A DNA stretch of 64,000 bases, from positions 158,286,001-158,350,000 of the forward strand of contig OX597817.1 of NCBI GenBank assembly GCA_951406725.2, given 5' to 3'. Position 1 is the first letter of the stretch; every line of letters starts with the position of its first letter. The position numbers and the translations under genes are program-made. Positions 39,484 to 50,012 of this stretch are shown here, one piece after another. The DNA comes from Octopus vulgaris. Lineage: Eukaryota. The notes beneath the pieces are model-generated. The model made no database searches, was not told the DNA's origin, and saw only the letters and a program-made list of their open reading frames with translations.

Positions 39484-39830
39484 AAAACTCCTCAGAAAGA
39501 TATACACGTGTGACAAATAATTGTTTTAAAAATATATAAATAAATATAAATATGTATAAAAATATATGTATAAGTATAAATATATAATGTATATGAAAGT
39601 TTAAAAGTTTTGAATTAATTATTTAAAGCATCTTACAATTGTTTCAGAGAAGAGTTGTCCCTATAATGATCGTAAGATGCTTTAAATAATTCAAAACTTT
39701 TAAACTATCATATACATTATATATTTATACTTATATATATTTACATATATTTTTATACATATTTACATTTATTTATCTATATATTTTTAATAGTTATTTT
39801 TCACACATGTATATCTTTCTGAGGTGTTTT
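39484..39830. mobile_element. AT-rich foldback element
   Basis: Arms about 39484-39636 and 39672-39830; spacer edge reads GAAACAATTGTA on the minus strand. Confidence 0.8.
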
Positions 39831-40175
39831 TATACATTCAATCAGATTGCCTTCATTTTGGAAAAGTCTGTCTAGTATGATTTTGACTGCTGGGAGTTCT
39901 GTGTTTAGATAGAAAGAATGTTTCTTGAATTATTGGTAATTGAATGTTGTGAGTTACTATAAAATTCTTTAGTTCTGTGTCATCCTGTTGTAGATTAGCA
40001 ATAATAATACTGAGTAGCCCCTGGTAAGATTTGATTCAATAGAATTTTGGTACAAACTTAACTTCCTGGAGAATCTCTTGAATAATGTACTAGCTATGGC
40101 AATTCTGTCTTTATTATACGCTTTATGTTCTAAAACTAGGTCTTAAAACATTGGGTAAAAAATGATAAAACATTT

Positions 40176-40731
40176 CATCATCATCATCATCATCATTTAG
40201 CGTCCGTTTTCCATGCTAGCATGGGTTGGATGGTTCAACTGGAGTCTGTGAAGCCAGAAGGCTGCATCAGGCCCAGTCTGATCTGGCAGTGTTTCTACGG
40301 CTAGATGCCCTTCCTAACACCAACCACTCCGCGAGTGTAGTGGGTGCTTTTTCATGCCACCCACACAGGTGCCAAACGGCCACGAACGGATGGTGCTTTT
40401 ACGTGCCACCGGCACGGGGGCAAGGCGAGGCTGGCAATGGACACGAACGGATGGTGCTTTTACGTGCCACCAGCACGGAGGCCAGTCGGGGCGGCGCTGG
40501 CAACGGCCACGAACGGATGGTACTTTTACATGCCACCGGCACGGGGGCCAGGCGAGGTTGGCAATGGACACGAATGGATGGTGCTTTTACGTGCCACCGG
40601 CACGGAGGCCAGTCGGGGCGGCACTGGCAATGGCCATGAACGGATGGTGCTTTTATGTGCCACCGGCACGGGGGCCAGGCGAGGTTGGCAACGGACACAA
40701 ACGGATGGTGCTTTTACGTGCCACCGGCACG
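40176..40731 (-). mobile_element. GAT-tailed repeat family C with expanded about 60-bp internal array
   Basis: About six ggatggtgcttttacgtgccaccggcacgg units. Confidence 0.88.
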
Positions 40732-41609
40732 TAATTCAGAGAAATAATTGGAAAGAAGCAGAAAAGTCTGAAGCACCATACATGCACACTACCTCATTCC
40801 AACAAACTTTTATTTGGTTTCAAACCTGTTACTTCTTGTTCATCTCTTTGAATAAGCCACTGTTCATTTGGAACATACACTCAAGTCATCTTTCATTTCA
40901 TCTGGTTATATGCATCATCTCACCTTTTGCATGGCACTACACATCGGCTGCTTCAACATCAAGCTTTGTGTACACAGTTTTTGAGCTTAGTGCACCAAAT
41001 GGCCTCACTCAGCTTAAAATACCACAACTAGCGTCGCCTAACTGGCACTTGTGCTGGTGTGCAGGTGACACAAAAAAAAACAAAAAAAACATGATTTTCT
41101 GTGACTGTTGCCAGTACCGCCTGACTGGCACATAAAAGCACCCACAACACTGTCAGAGTGGTTGGCGTTAGGAAGAGCATCCAGCTGTAGAAACTCTGCC
41201 AGATCAAGATTAGAGCCTGGTGCATCCATCTGGTTTGCCAGTCCTCAGTCAAATCGTCCAACCCATGCTAGCATGGAAAGTGGACGTTAAACGATGATGA
41301 TGATGTGCATACAGCTGATTTTTAGTTATATCCACACCCAATATCAGCATTCTAGATATACCCACTCTTCAATAATTACCTTATAGGTAGAATAACTATA
41401 AAATCAGTAAACTTTTAAATTGCTAGGTATTGGTGCTATGCTAAAAAACACTCAGTATCTCTGCAAAGTAGTTGGTGTTAGAAAGAGCATCCTGCTATAG
41501 AAACCAAGGTAAAACAGACCTTAGAACCCGGTGTGGCTCCTGGCCTTGCCAGCTCCTGTCTAGCTGTCCAACCCATGTCAGTATGGAAAATGGATGTTAA
41601 ATGATGATG

Positions 41610-41998
41610 GGAAACCTCGCCCTTTTGTTAGGTTTCCGATGGCCATTTCTTTCAAACTCCACCCATCTAACACCTGTGGACATATTTACAAAGTAAGAAA
41701 ACAGCACAGCTCCCATGACTTCAGGAAACATTTTTTCACGCTGAGAGTTGCTGAAGCATGGAACAAACTGCCGGCATCAGTTGTTAGTTGTCGGAGCACT
41801 GCATCCTTCGAAACTTCCATGCTTCCTGAGATTCGCCAACACTACACTTGATTTTCTCCCCTCCATACACACACAGGCATGTATCTGACTCATACATTGT
41901 TCGCTTTCCAGACATTTCTACATATGCTTTATATGCACTTTCTGACAAGTTGTGGTGCACCTGAGCACTGTATACAATAATTTCATTATTATTATTAT
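41610..41998 (+). mobile_element. CR1-type LINE 3' end
   Basis: NTCGHIYKVRKQHSSHDFRKHFFTLRVAEAWNKLPASVV*, UTR, (ATT)n tail. Confidence 0.82.
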
Positions 41999-42219
41999 AG
42001 CAAATGTTACAGTGTGCTATGTTCCTGCTTTCAATAGTGAGCCGTGTCTCCCCTATTTACAGCTAAGTCTATTCTAAATAAGTCAGACATGTCTTACAGT
42101 TGCTGATATGATCACACAGCACTGGACAAATGTTATTCTTCAGCTGGTAAGGTGGCTTTTAAGAATTGAAATATTCAATGAATACAAAAGAAGTAAAATA
42201 TTCCAAACACTTTAAAATA

Positions 42220-43057
42220 TGTTGAGAGGGTTTATTAGATGTAAAGTTTACAAATTGTAAATATAAAACAATGTATCAGAAGCTTGGAGATACTAAACAA
42301 TCTTCATTGCTTTTTTTATTGTTATAAACTTTTTAAAAGGGAAATATGATAAACACTCAATATATATAAAAATAAAGGTTTGTTATTTTAATGTGTAGAG
42401 ATTAGCAGCTTGCAGGTAGTGTACCTGTCATCTACATCAATGAAATATTTGCTACACAAGGGAAAAAATGCAATGAAACAAATGTAGTAATGCAATAAGT
42501 AACAGAAAGAAAATAAATTTGGTTTATTTCCTAGTTTATATATGTAGGTATATGAAAATGACCAAATGAAAAATATACAAAAATTTTGTGAATTATTTAC
42601 AATAAATACAATCCTCTTCAAATAGATTTCCCAGTTTTGGTATCCATGTGTCAGATATTTTAGGTCAGAGTATTTAGAATTTAAAGTTAATGGCTCGGAA
42701 TTGTTGACAACATGATTATTCTAAAAAGGTTTAATAGCAAAATGGGATAACATCTGATTAACAAAGATTTATAGTGAAGATATAATCTGTCTCATAAACT
42801 GTTCTAATACTATGAAAATATAATATTCATATACTAGAAGAGTCATTTACCAAATAAAACTTGGCAAGAAGAAATCATTTTAACAAACAACAAAATGTAC
42901 ATGTTCTCCCCGACACAACACCTGTTACTGCTATCAGTGAATACTATAGCATGGCATTTAATGTGTCCAACAAATATAAATAAGATTCATTAGTTTTCTT
43001 GTTATCACAGATAAAATTTGAAATATGACTTAGATGATACACATGAAAATTATCTAA
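42220..43057 (-). other. Probable CCP110 3' UTR
   Basis: AT-rich sequence free of recognisable SINEs after the stop; minus-strand AATAAA near 42315 and 42231. End approximate. Confidence 0.45.
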
Positions 43058-43155
43058 TCAATGCCATGGCTTGCTTGAGGCAATTTTCACTGAAGGCACA
43101 TCTTTCACTTTCGTTGAAACAAATCGTGTGGCAGCCATTTTCCCAGCAACAGACA
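43058..43155 (-). CDS. CCP110: CCP110-like last coding exon (stop)
   Basis: tctttgtag|(V)SVAGKMAATRFVSTKVKDVPSVKIASSKPWH*; nine exons total 1674 nt in one frame. Confidence 0.75.
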
Positions 43156-43250
43156 CTACAAAGAGAAAAATTGCACCCATAAATGTCTTATCCTCAAAAT
43201 GTAGAAAAAAAAATCTTTAATAAAATCAAAACAGTGGTAAATCAACTTAC

Positions 43251-43300
43251 CAATTCTATTTTTTGGAATCGGCTGGCTTGATATTTTTCGAGTTGTTGAT
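43251..43300 (-). CDS. CCP110: CCP110-like penultimate coding exon
   Basis: Long pyrimidine tract ..cttttcaag|(R)STTRKISSQPIPKNRI+G|GTAAGT; 50 nt, phase 2-1. Confidence 0.75.
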
Positions 43301-43648
43301 CTTGAAAAGATAAGAAAGAAAAAAAACAAAAAACAAAAAAATCAATGTTATCAAACATTGCCTTGGCAATAACAAATTAATAAATATATCGTTGCCAGTG
43401 CCGCCAGACTGGCTCCTGTGCAGGTGGCATGTAAAAAAAACACCTTTTGAGTGTGGTCGTTGCCAGTATCACCTGACTGGCCCCCATGCCAGTGGCATGT
43501 AAAAGCACCCACTACACTGAGTGGTTGGAGTTAGGAAGGGCATCCAACTGTAGAAACACTGCCAGATCAGATTGGAGCCTGGTGCAGCCTTCTGGCTCGC
43601 CAGTCCTCACTGAAACGGATGTTAAACAAAGACAACAATATATATATA

Positions 43649-43818
43649 GATCGTTAGCCACTACACACATTTTTTTCTCTCCTTGTTTTTTTTCTGTGTC
43701 CCTTTCTGTAGAAGAGCGTAGGCTCGAAACGTAAAAGACTTTTTCTATTCCTGAGCGTTATACAAATACATCTGTTTGTTTTGTACACCACCTGTCTTTG
43801 TCTTTTCATAAACTCTCC

Positions 43819-43821
<3 letters not shown>
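43649..43821 (+). mobile_element. About 170-bp (TA)n-flanked element carrying the hammerhead-like motif
   Basis: TA repeats on both sides; homologous to 10680-10872. Confidence 0.7.
43698..43739 (+). ncRNA. Minimal type I hammerhead-like motif with atypical core (CUGUAGA)
   Basis: CUUU-CUGUAGA-A-GAGC(GUAG)GCUC-GAAA-C-GUA-AAAG: stem I CUUU/AAAG, perfect stem II, palindromic ACGU stem III, GUA cleavage triplet. Confidence 0.55.
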
Positions 43822-43850
<29 letters not shown>

Positions 43851-43853
<3 letters not shown>

Positions 43854-44518
43854 ATAATAAAAGGGTAAAATTAATTAATTATTAATTAATTTTACCAATT
43901 AGTGTTCAGACATTACGTTATATAATTAGGGTTCAGTAAAATAATTTACTTTACCACACACCGAACTTTTAGAAATAGCAGACAAAAAATCTTAGCTATT
44001 TCTTCTACTATAAGAAGAATCTCCCAGACAATGCATACTCAAAAATAATTCACAGGTATAGAGGGGAAAATAACGAAAGATCACACGTACATAAGATTAC
44101 TTGAGAACGGCCATTTCTGGATTAGTTGAATATAAAGATCAACATTTCCTCATATCAGACGGGTATGTTCGATTTTTAGTGCTCTCAAATCCAAATCAAA
44201 AGAAATCTTTGAGCTGATGAAGGAAATGTTGATCTTTATATTCAACTAATCCAGAAATGGCCGATCTCAGGTAATCTTATGTACGTGTGATCTTTCGTTA
44301 TTTTCCCCTCTATACCTGTGTGAATTATTTTTGAGTATGCATTGTCTGGGAGATTCTTCTTATTGTAGAAGAAATAGCTAAGATTTTTTGGCTGCTATTT
44401 CTAAAAGTTCGGTGTGTGGTAAAGTAAATTATTTTACTGAACCCTAATTATATAACGTAATGTCTGAACACTAATTGGTAAAATTAATTAATAATTAATT
44501 TTACCCTTTTATTATTGA
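43851..44518. mobile_element. Foldback element (about 305-bp arms, about 55-bp spacer) inserted in (TA)n
   Basis: 43851-44158 is the reverse complement of about 44213-44518 with few differences; (TA)n on both sides. Confidence 0.9.
44208..44269 (+). ncRNA. Degenerate Penelope-type hammerhead motif in a foldback arm
   Basis: UUGAG-CUGAUGA-A-GGA..GUUGA/UCAAC..UCC-A-GAAA-UGGCCG-AU-CUCA; the opposite arm retains GUU-CUCAA at the cleavage site. Confidence 0.5.
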
Positions 44519-44648
44519 TATATATATGTATATATATATATGTATATATATATATGTGTATATATATATGTGTATATATATATGTGTATATATATATGTA
44601 TATATATGTGTATATATATATGTGTATATATATATGTATATATATGTG

Positions 44649-44734
<86 letters not shown>

Positions 44735-44828
44735 TTTGTGTCTTTGTGTCTTTGTGTCTTTGTGTCTTTGTGTCTTTGTGTCTTTGTGTCTTTGTGTCTT
44801 TGTGTCTTTGTGTCTTTGTGTCTTTGTG
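44519..44828. repeat. Compound microsatellite (TA/TG)n-(TG)n-(TGTCTTTG)n
   Basis: Directly visible. Confidence 0.95.
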
Positions 44829-45044
44829 TTTGTTCCCTCACCACTGCTTGACAACTGGTGTTGGTGTATTTATGTTCCTGTAACTTAGTGCTACCTCAGC
44901 ATGGCTGCAGTCAAATGACAAACAAGTGATAGCTAACCAAATGGTGCTTTTGGATCAGCAATTTGTCGGTAGTTTACCTGTCATTTCTATCAATGAAACA
45001 TGTAAGAATAAAATGTAACAAAGAAAATAAATTTTGATCATTTT

Positions 45045-45218
45045 ATATATGAGAATTATATATATGAGAATTCCATATGAAAATGTACAAAATTTTGTGC
45101 ATTATATATATGAGAATTATATATATGAGAATTATATATATGAGAATTATATATATGAGAATTATATATATGAGAATTATATATATGAGAATTATATATA
45201 TGAGAATTATATATATGA
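45045..45218. repeat. 15-bp minisatellite
   Basis: (atatatgagaattat)n. Confidence 0.92.
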
Positions 45219-45476
45219 GGTAAATAGTTCAGAATTGTTGACTACATAATTATTATAAAAAGGTTTAATAGCAAAATGGGACAAAAATATCAAGTGCTTT
45301 GCTTTTAGTTGTAGCTATAACTAAATGTAAACATTCAGATATTTTCATCAGATGACTTTATTCTTAAACATGGCTTAGATGATAAAATCAAGAATTGCCT
45401 TTGCTCAAAGTGATCTTGCTTTTTATATCTGAATTATCAATATTGTTTGCTTTTCTTTCGTTACTAGCATGTCTAA

Positions 45477-45696
45477 CCCTTTAGCATTCAGGTTACTCTG
45501 TCAAATGTAAAGCCTGTTTAATCACATTGTTTTAAATTAATTGTACAGCATCTTGTAACTCTGAGATTTTGATGATGTCCCTGTTTATTTTTAGAATGAC
45601 TTTGTAGGGTAGGTGTGAGAGGTTAGAGCTGGCTGGTTTAAGCATATAACAGGAAGACAATTTTGGCCTGATATGGCCGGTTTAAACACTAAAGGG
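45477..45696. mobile_element. piggyBac-like MITE
   Basis: CCCTTTAGCATT .. ACACTAAAGGG|TTAA; sister copy 52057-52804 is split by a Helitron. Confidence 0.72.
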
Positions 45697-46272
45697 TTAA
45701 AGTCTCTTTGTTAACAGACCCATCATCATCATCATCGTCGTTTAATGCCTGCTTTGCATGCTAGCATGAGTTGGACGATTTGGCTGAGGGCTGGCAAACC
45801 AGGTGGCTGCACCAGGCTTCGATCTTGATCTGACAGAGTTTCTACAGCTGGATGCCCTTCCTAATGCCATTCATTCCGAGAGTGTAGTGGGTGCTTTTAT
45901 GTGCCACCAGCACGGGGCCCAGTCAGGCGGTACTGGCAACGACCTCACTCGAATCTTTTACACATGTCACCGGCACAGGTGCCAGTAAGGCGATGCTGGT
46001 AATGGTGACACTCGAATGGTGCTCTTAACACCCTACTAGCACAGGGCTCGACTGCCAGTAAGGCAATGCTGGTAACGATCACACTTGAATGGTGCCTTTT
46101 AAGTGCCTCTGGCACGGAAGCTCACAAATCAATATAAGCAAGTCTGATGTGTAAATCCAGAAACTGACAGAGTAAATTAACTATTGAGACTCAGTAGTCT
46201 TTAACATTGCTGATAATATAATCTCATCTACAAGGAAAAACATATATGAGGTATGTTAGCCACCTAGACAAT

Positions 46273-46662
46273 GGATGGAAGCACTCCGTCGGTTACGATG
46301 ACGAGGGTTCCGGTTGATCCAAATCAACGGAACAGCCTGCTCATGAAATTAACGTGTAAGTGGCTGAGCACTCCACAGACACGTGTACCCTTAACGTAGT
46401 TCCTGGGGATATTCAGCGTGACACAGAGAGTGACAAGGCCAGCCCTTTGAAATACAGGTACAACAGAAACAGGAAGTAAGAGTGAGAGAAAGTTGTGGTG
46501 AAAGAGTACAGCAGGGATCACCACCATCCCCTGCCGGAGCCTCGTGGAGCTTTTAGGTGTTTTCGCTCAATAAACACTCACAACGCCTGGTCTGGGAATC
46601 GAAACTGCGATCCTATGACCGTGAGTCTGCTGCCCTAACCTCTAGGCCATTGCGCCTCCATG
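46273..46662 (-). mobile_element. tRNA-derived SINE family B
   Basis: Full-length copy; 10-bp TSD cctagacaat. Confidence 0.9.
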
Positions 46663-46678
46663 CCTAGACAATACTTAC

Positions 46679-46777
46679 CTTGTTGGTTGAACTAGAGAAG
46701 GTATTGGATAAAGCTTGGAATTGTTCCTGGTATTTGGTTTGTCAGATAAAGATGATGAGACACTTTGACTCTGGTTT
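46679..46777 (-). CDS. CCP110: CCP110-like exon following the U12 intron
   Basis: ctcag|(I)NQSQSVSSSLSDKPNTRNNSKLYPIPSLVQPT+AG|GTAAGT; 99 nt, phase 2-2. Confidence 0.75.
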
Positions 46778-47950
46778 CTGAGTTTGCATTAAGGTAACAG
46801 TTTTAGAAGTATAGAAATTCACAGATTTAAACTATAAAAAGGTTTCTTTTGAATTAAGTTACAGAAACAATATCTCATCCTATATATTTCATCATTTTCT
46901 GGAGAAAAATTGGAACAACGAAAATATAACTAATAATCAGCATTATTGTTCTGATGTTCACTTTTCCATCCTTGCATGGATCGAATGGAGTTTATTGAGG
47001 AAAATTTAATATGGCCAGATGTCCCTTCTGCCACCAATCAACACCTGTTTCTAAGCAAGGTAATATTTTTCCCTGAGCAGACATATTTTGCAAGATATTG
47101 GAAATAAGTGACACTGTGTATGGCAGTGACACACATTTACAGTTATCCTGTGATATCATGAGACACACACACACAAAATGGGATTCTTTCAGTTTCCATC
47201 AATCCATGTGATTGCTTTCCAATTATGATAGGTATCATGCAATGGGACTGAACTTAGTCAAGTATCTCCTACTGACCAAAGCCTTGACAGTGAACTTGGT
47301 AGATAGAAATTGAAAGAACCTTGTTGTCTGTATGTGTGTGACCATTCATTTCCAATATTTCAAAAAAACATGCAGGCCATTGGTTTCATTGGCCTGAATA
47401 CAGGTATGATAGACTTCTAAATCTGTTTCATTTTAATTAATTAATATTCATAGTTGAGGTTGCAATCATACAACTAAATTTGTGTGGTTAGTTAAGGCTC
47501 CGAAAATATCTATAATAATAAATGGCAAATGGGAAAATATTACCTTGTTTAGTAATAGGTGAAGGTTAGCAAACAGAAAAGGCATCTGCTTGCAGAAAAT
47601 TTCTTCAATAAACCACATCTAGCATAGAAAAGTGGATATTAAGACAATGATGATGATCTAGCATAGATGATGATCTCTCAACAAACTAGGTACAATGCTA
47701 TCAAGTTGTTTACCAAACCACTCAGTCATCCAGAATATACAATACCTAATAACTGTGCTTGTCTGCACAGAATTTCATCACACCACATCAGTTTCCTCTC
47801 TTAAAGGAACAGTGTTATAACATGTGTTTCAATGCAATGCTAGCATTTATTTGACAAAAATAACACTAATTCTTTTCAGACTAATACCTTGAGCAACAAT
47901 TATTTTGTAAACCATCTTTATTCTTAAAATTGTATGACAAATATAAATAT

Positions 47951-48353
47951 GGAGTGGCTGTGTGGTAAGTAGCTTGCTTACCAACCACATGGTTCCGGGT
48001 TCAGTCCCACTGCGTGGCACCTTAGGCAAGTGTCTTCTACTATAGCGTTGGGCCGACCAAAGCCTTATGAGTGGATTTGGTAGATGGAAACTGAAAGAAG
48101 CCCGTCGTATATATGTATATATATATATATATATATGTGTGTATGTGTATGTTTGTGTGTCTGTGTTTGTCCCCCTAGCATTGCTTGACAACCGATGCTC
48201 GTGTGTTTATGTCTCCGTCACTTAGCAGTTCGGCAAAAGAGACTGATAGAATAAGTACTGGGCTTACGAAGAATAAAGTCTCGGGGTCGAGTTGCTTGAC
48301 TAAAGGTGGTGCTCCAGCATGGCCGCAGTCAAATGACTGAAACAAGTAAAGAG
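47951..48353 (+). mobile_element. tRNA-derived SINE family A
   Basis: Full-length copy in the U12 intron. Confidence 0.9.
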
Positions 48354-48682
48354 TATTTCTTTCATTATTATCTAAATATTTCATAAGCGATGCTTTTTTA
48401 GAAAATGGAAGGTCCATTTGGTTGAATTTTTAGATATAGTTCGTTGAACTACACAAATATTATAGTTACATTAGAACACAGGATAACAATCAACAATGGC
48501 TTAATTCACTTAATTCTCAGTACCTGTAAATAGGTATCATGTGGAAGTGTAGCTTACTTAGGCTGTAGAGGCACAGTATGACCAAAGAACGTTCTCTTAA
48601 TTTGTAACACAAAGCTATATTTTGCATGATTGCTTAAAATCTTAGTAATAGCAGCCAAATCTACTATCTTATAAAACTTAGT

Positions 48683-49070
48683 CTTTTACTTGTTTCAGTC
48701 ATTTGACTGCGGCCATGCTGGAGCACCGCCTTTAGTCGAGCAAATCGACCCCAGGACTTATTCTTTGTAAGCCTAGTACTTATTCTATCGGTCTCTTTTG
48801 CCGAACCGCTAAGTTACGGGGACGTAAACACACCAGCATCGGTTGTCAAGCGATGTTGGGGGACGGACGGACGGACGGACGGACGCGCGCACACACACAC
48901 ACACACACTACGGGCTTCTTTCAGTTTCCGTCTACCAAATCCATTCACAAGGCTTTGGTCAGCCCGAGGCTATAGTAGAAGACACTTGCCCAAGATGCCA
49001 CACAGTGGGACTGAACCCGGAACCATGTGGTTGGTAAGCAAGCTACTTACCACACAGCCACTCCTGCGCC
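48683..49070 (-). mobile_element. tRNA-derived SINE family A
   Basis: Full-length reverse copy in the U12 intron. Confidence 0.9.
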
Positions 49071-49206
49071 TAAACTTGTTAGAAACATGAAGCTATGTCT
49101 AAAGAAAAAGTTAAAATGGTCACAGCTGGAATGCCTGTATTTTCCAGTCTGTTTGACTGAAGCTGACTTGGTAGAGTTTAAACAACAGCAGAATAAAAAA
49201 GGATAC

Positions 49207-49265
49207 ATTTGGCTTTTCCGCATCAGATACTTCCGAGTTGCTGAAGATATTTGTTGTGGCCTGGC
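49207..49265 (-). CDS. CCP110: CCP110-like exon preceding the U12 intron
   Basis: ttttaaag|ARPQQISSATRKYLMRKSQ+AT|GTATCCTTTT; matches CP110 LSAATQKSLDRK. Confidence 0.82.
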
Positions 49266-49307
49266 CTTTAAAATATGAAAAAATATAAAGATTTAATTAG
49301 ACAAATG

Positions 49308-49705
49308 AATGTATGAAAAGTCTGGCTGCATCCGAAAAAATATATATTATGAAACAAAAATAAGCAAAAAATTTATTACACGAATCTGTTACCACCACGA
49401 CAGTCAACTATTTGACGCCAAACACGAGTTTGATGTTAAATACATCCACGAATATTCTGCTCAGTTAGCTCTTCCCAAGACTGCAAGACGGCTTCATGCA
49501 ATTCATGCCTCGTTGTAGGGTTTTTCAGTTCAACTTTATCAGCCAAAACTTTTAAAATGCCATCTAAAGTTAATAATGATTCTGATAATTCCACGTGTAA
49601 ACATGTGTTGAATGGAACTCACTGAATAAATCTTAATTAACTGTGTTGTCAATTGTATGCACCTGACATATGCTAACGTGTATGCAGCCAGACTTTTCAC
49701 ACAGA
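49308..49705. mobile_element. TIR element remnant (Tc1/mariner-like MITE)
   Basis: gaaaagtctggctgcat (49315) / atgcagccagacttttc (49682). Confidence 0.65.
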
Positions 49706-49782
49706 GGATACAACAATCAAGTGATATTTTTTTTAGATTGTCATATTAGCTGATACCTCTATTTTCCATAGCTTTAATATAT

Positions 49783-50012
49783 ATTTCTTTACTGCCCACA
49801 AGGGGCTAAAAAAAGAGGGAGCAAACAAGGACAGACAAAGGGATTAAGTTGATTAGATCGACCCCAGTGCGTAACTGGTACTTAATTTATCGACCCCGAA
49901 AGGATGAAAGGCAAAGTCAACCTCGGCGGAATTTGAACTCAGAACGTAACGGCGGATGAAATACGGCTACGCATTTCGCCCGCCGTGCTAACGTTTCTGC
50001 CAGCTCGCCACC
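49783..50012 (-). mobile_element. Nin/Deu-domain-type SINE
   Basis: Reverse copy of the 21539 family. Confidence 0.85.

Larger units (their letters stand above)
46778..49206 (-). other. U12-type (minor spliceosome) GT-AG intron of CCP110
   Basis: 5' site GTATCCTTTT; branch-site-like TACCTTAAT with its A about 12 nt from the CAG acceptor; no polypyrimidine tract; joining keeps the frame open. Confidence 0.82.

Noticed and set aside
40370-40731. CRISPR-like repeat/spacer pattern
   Set aside because: The 'spacers' are two recurring linkers, the array is internal to a eukaryotic SINE-like repeat, and there are no cas genes.
46778-46833. U2-type acceptor tttttatag as the start of the CCP110 exon
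   Set aside because: Gives an in-frame TGA within a few codons; the downstream CAG with a U12 branch site keeps the frame.
49081-49206. Read-through extension of the 49265 exon
   Set aside because: The frame stays open, but the extension has no CP110-like features and runs into a SINE; the U12 donor explains the boundary.
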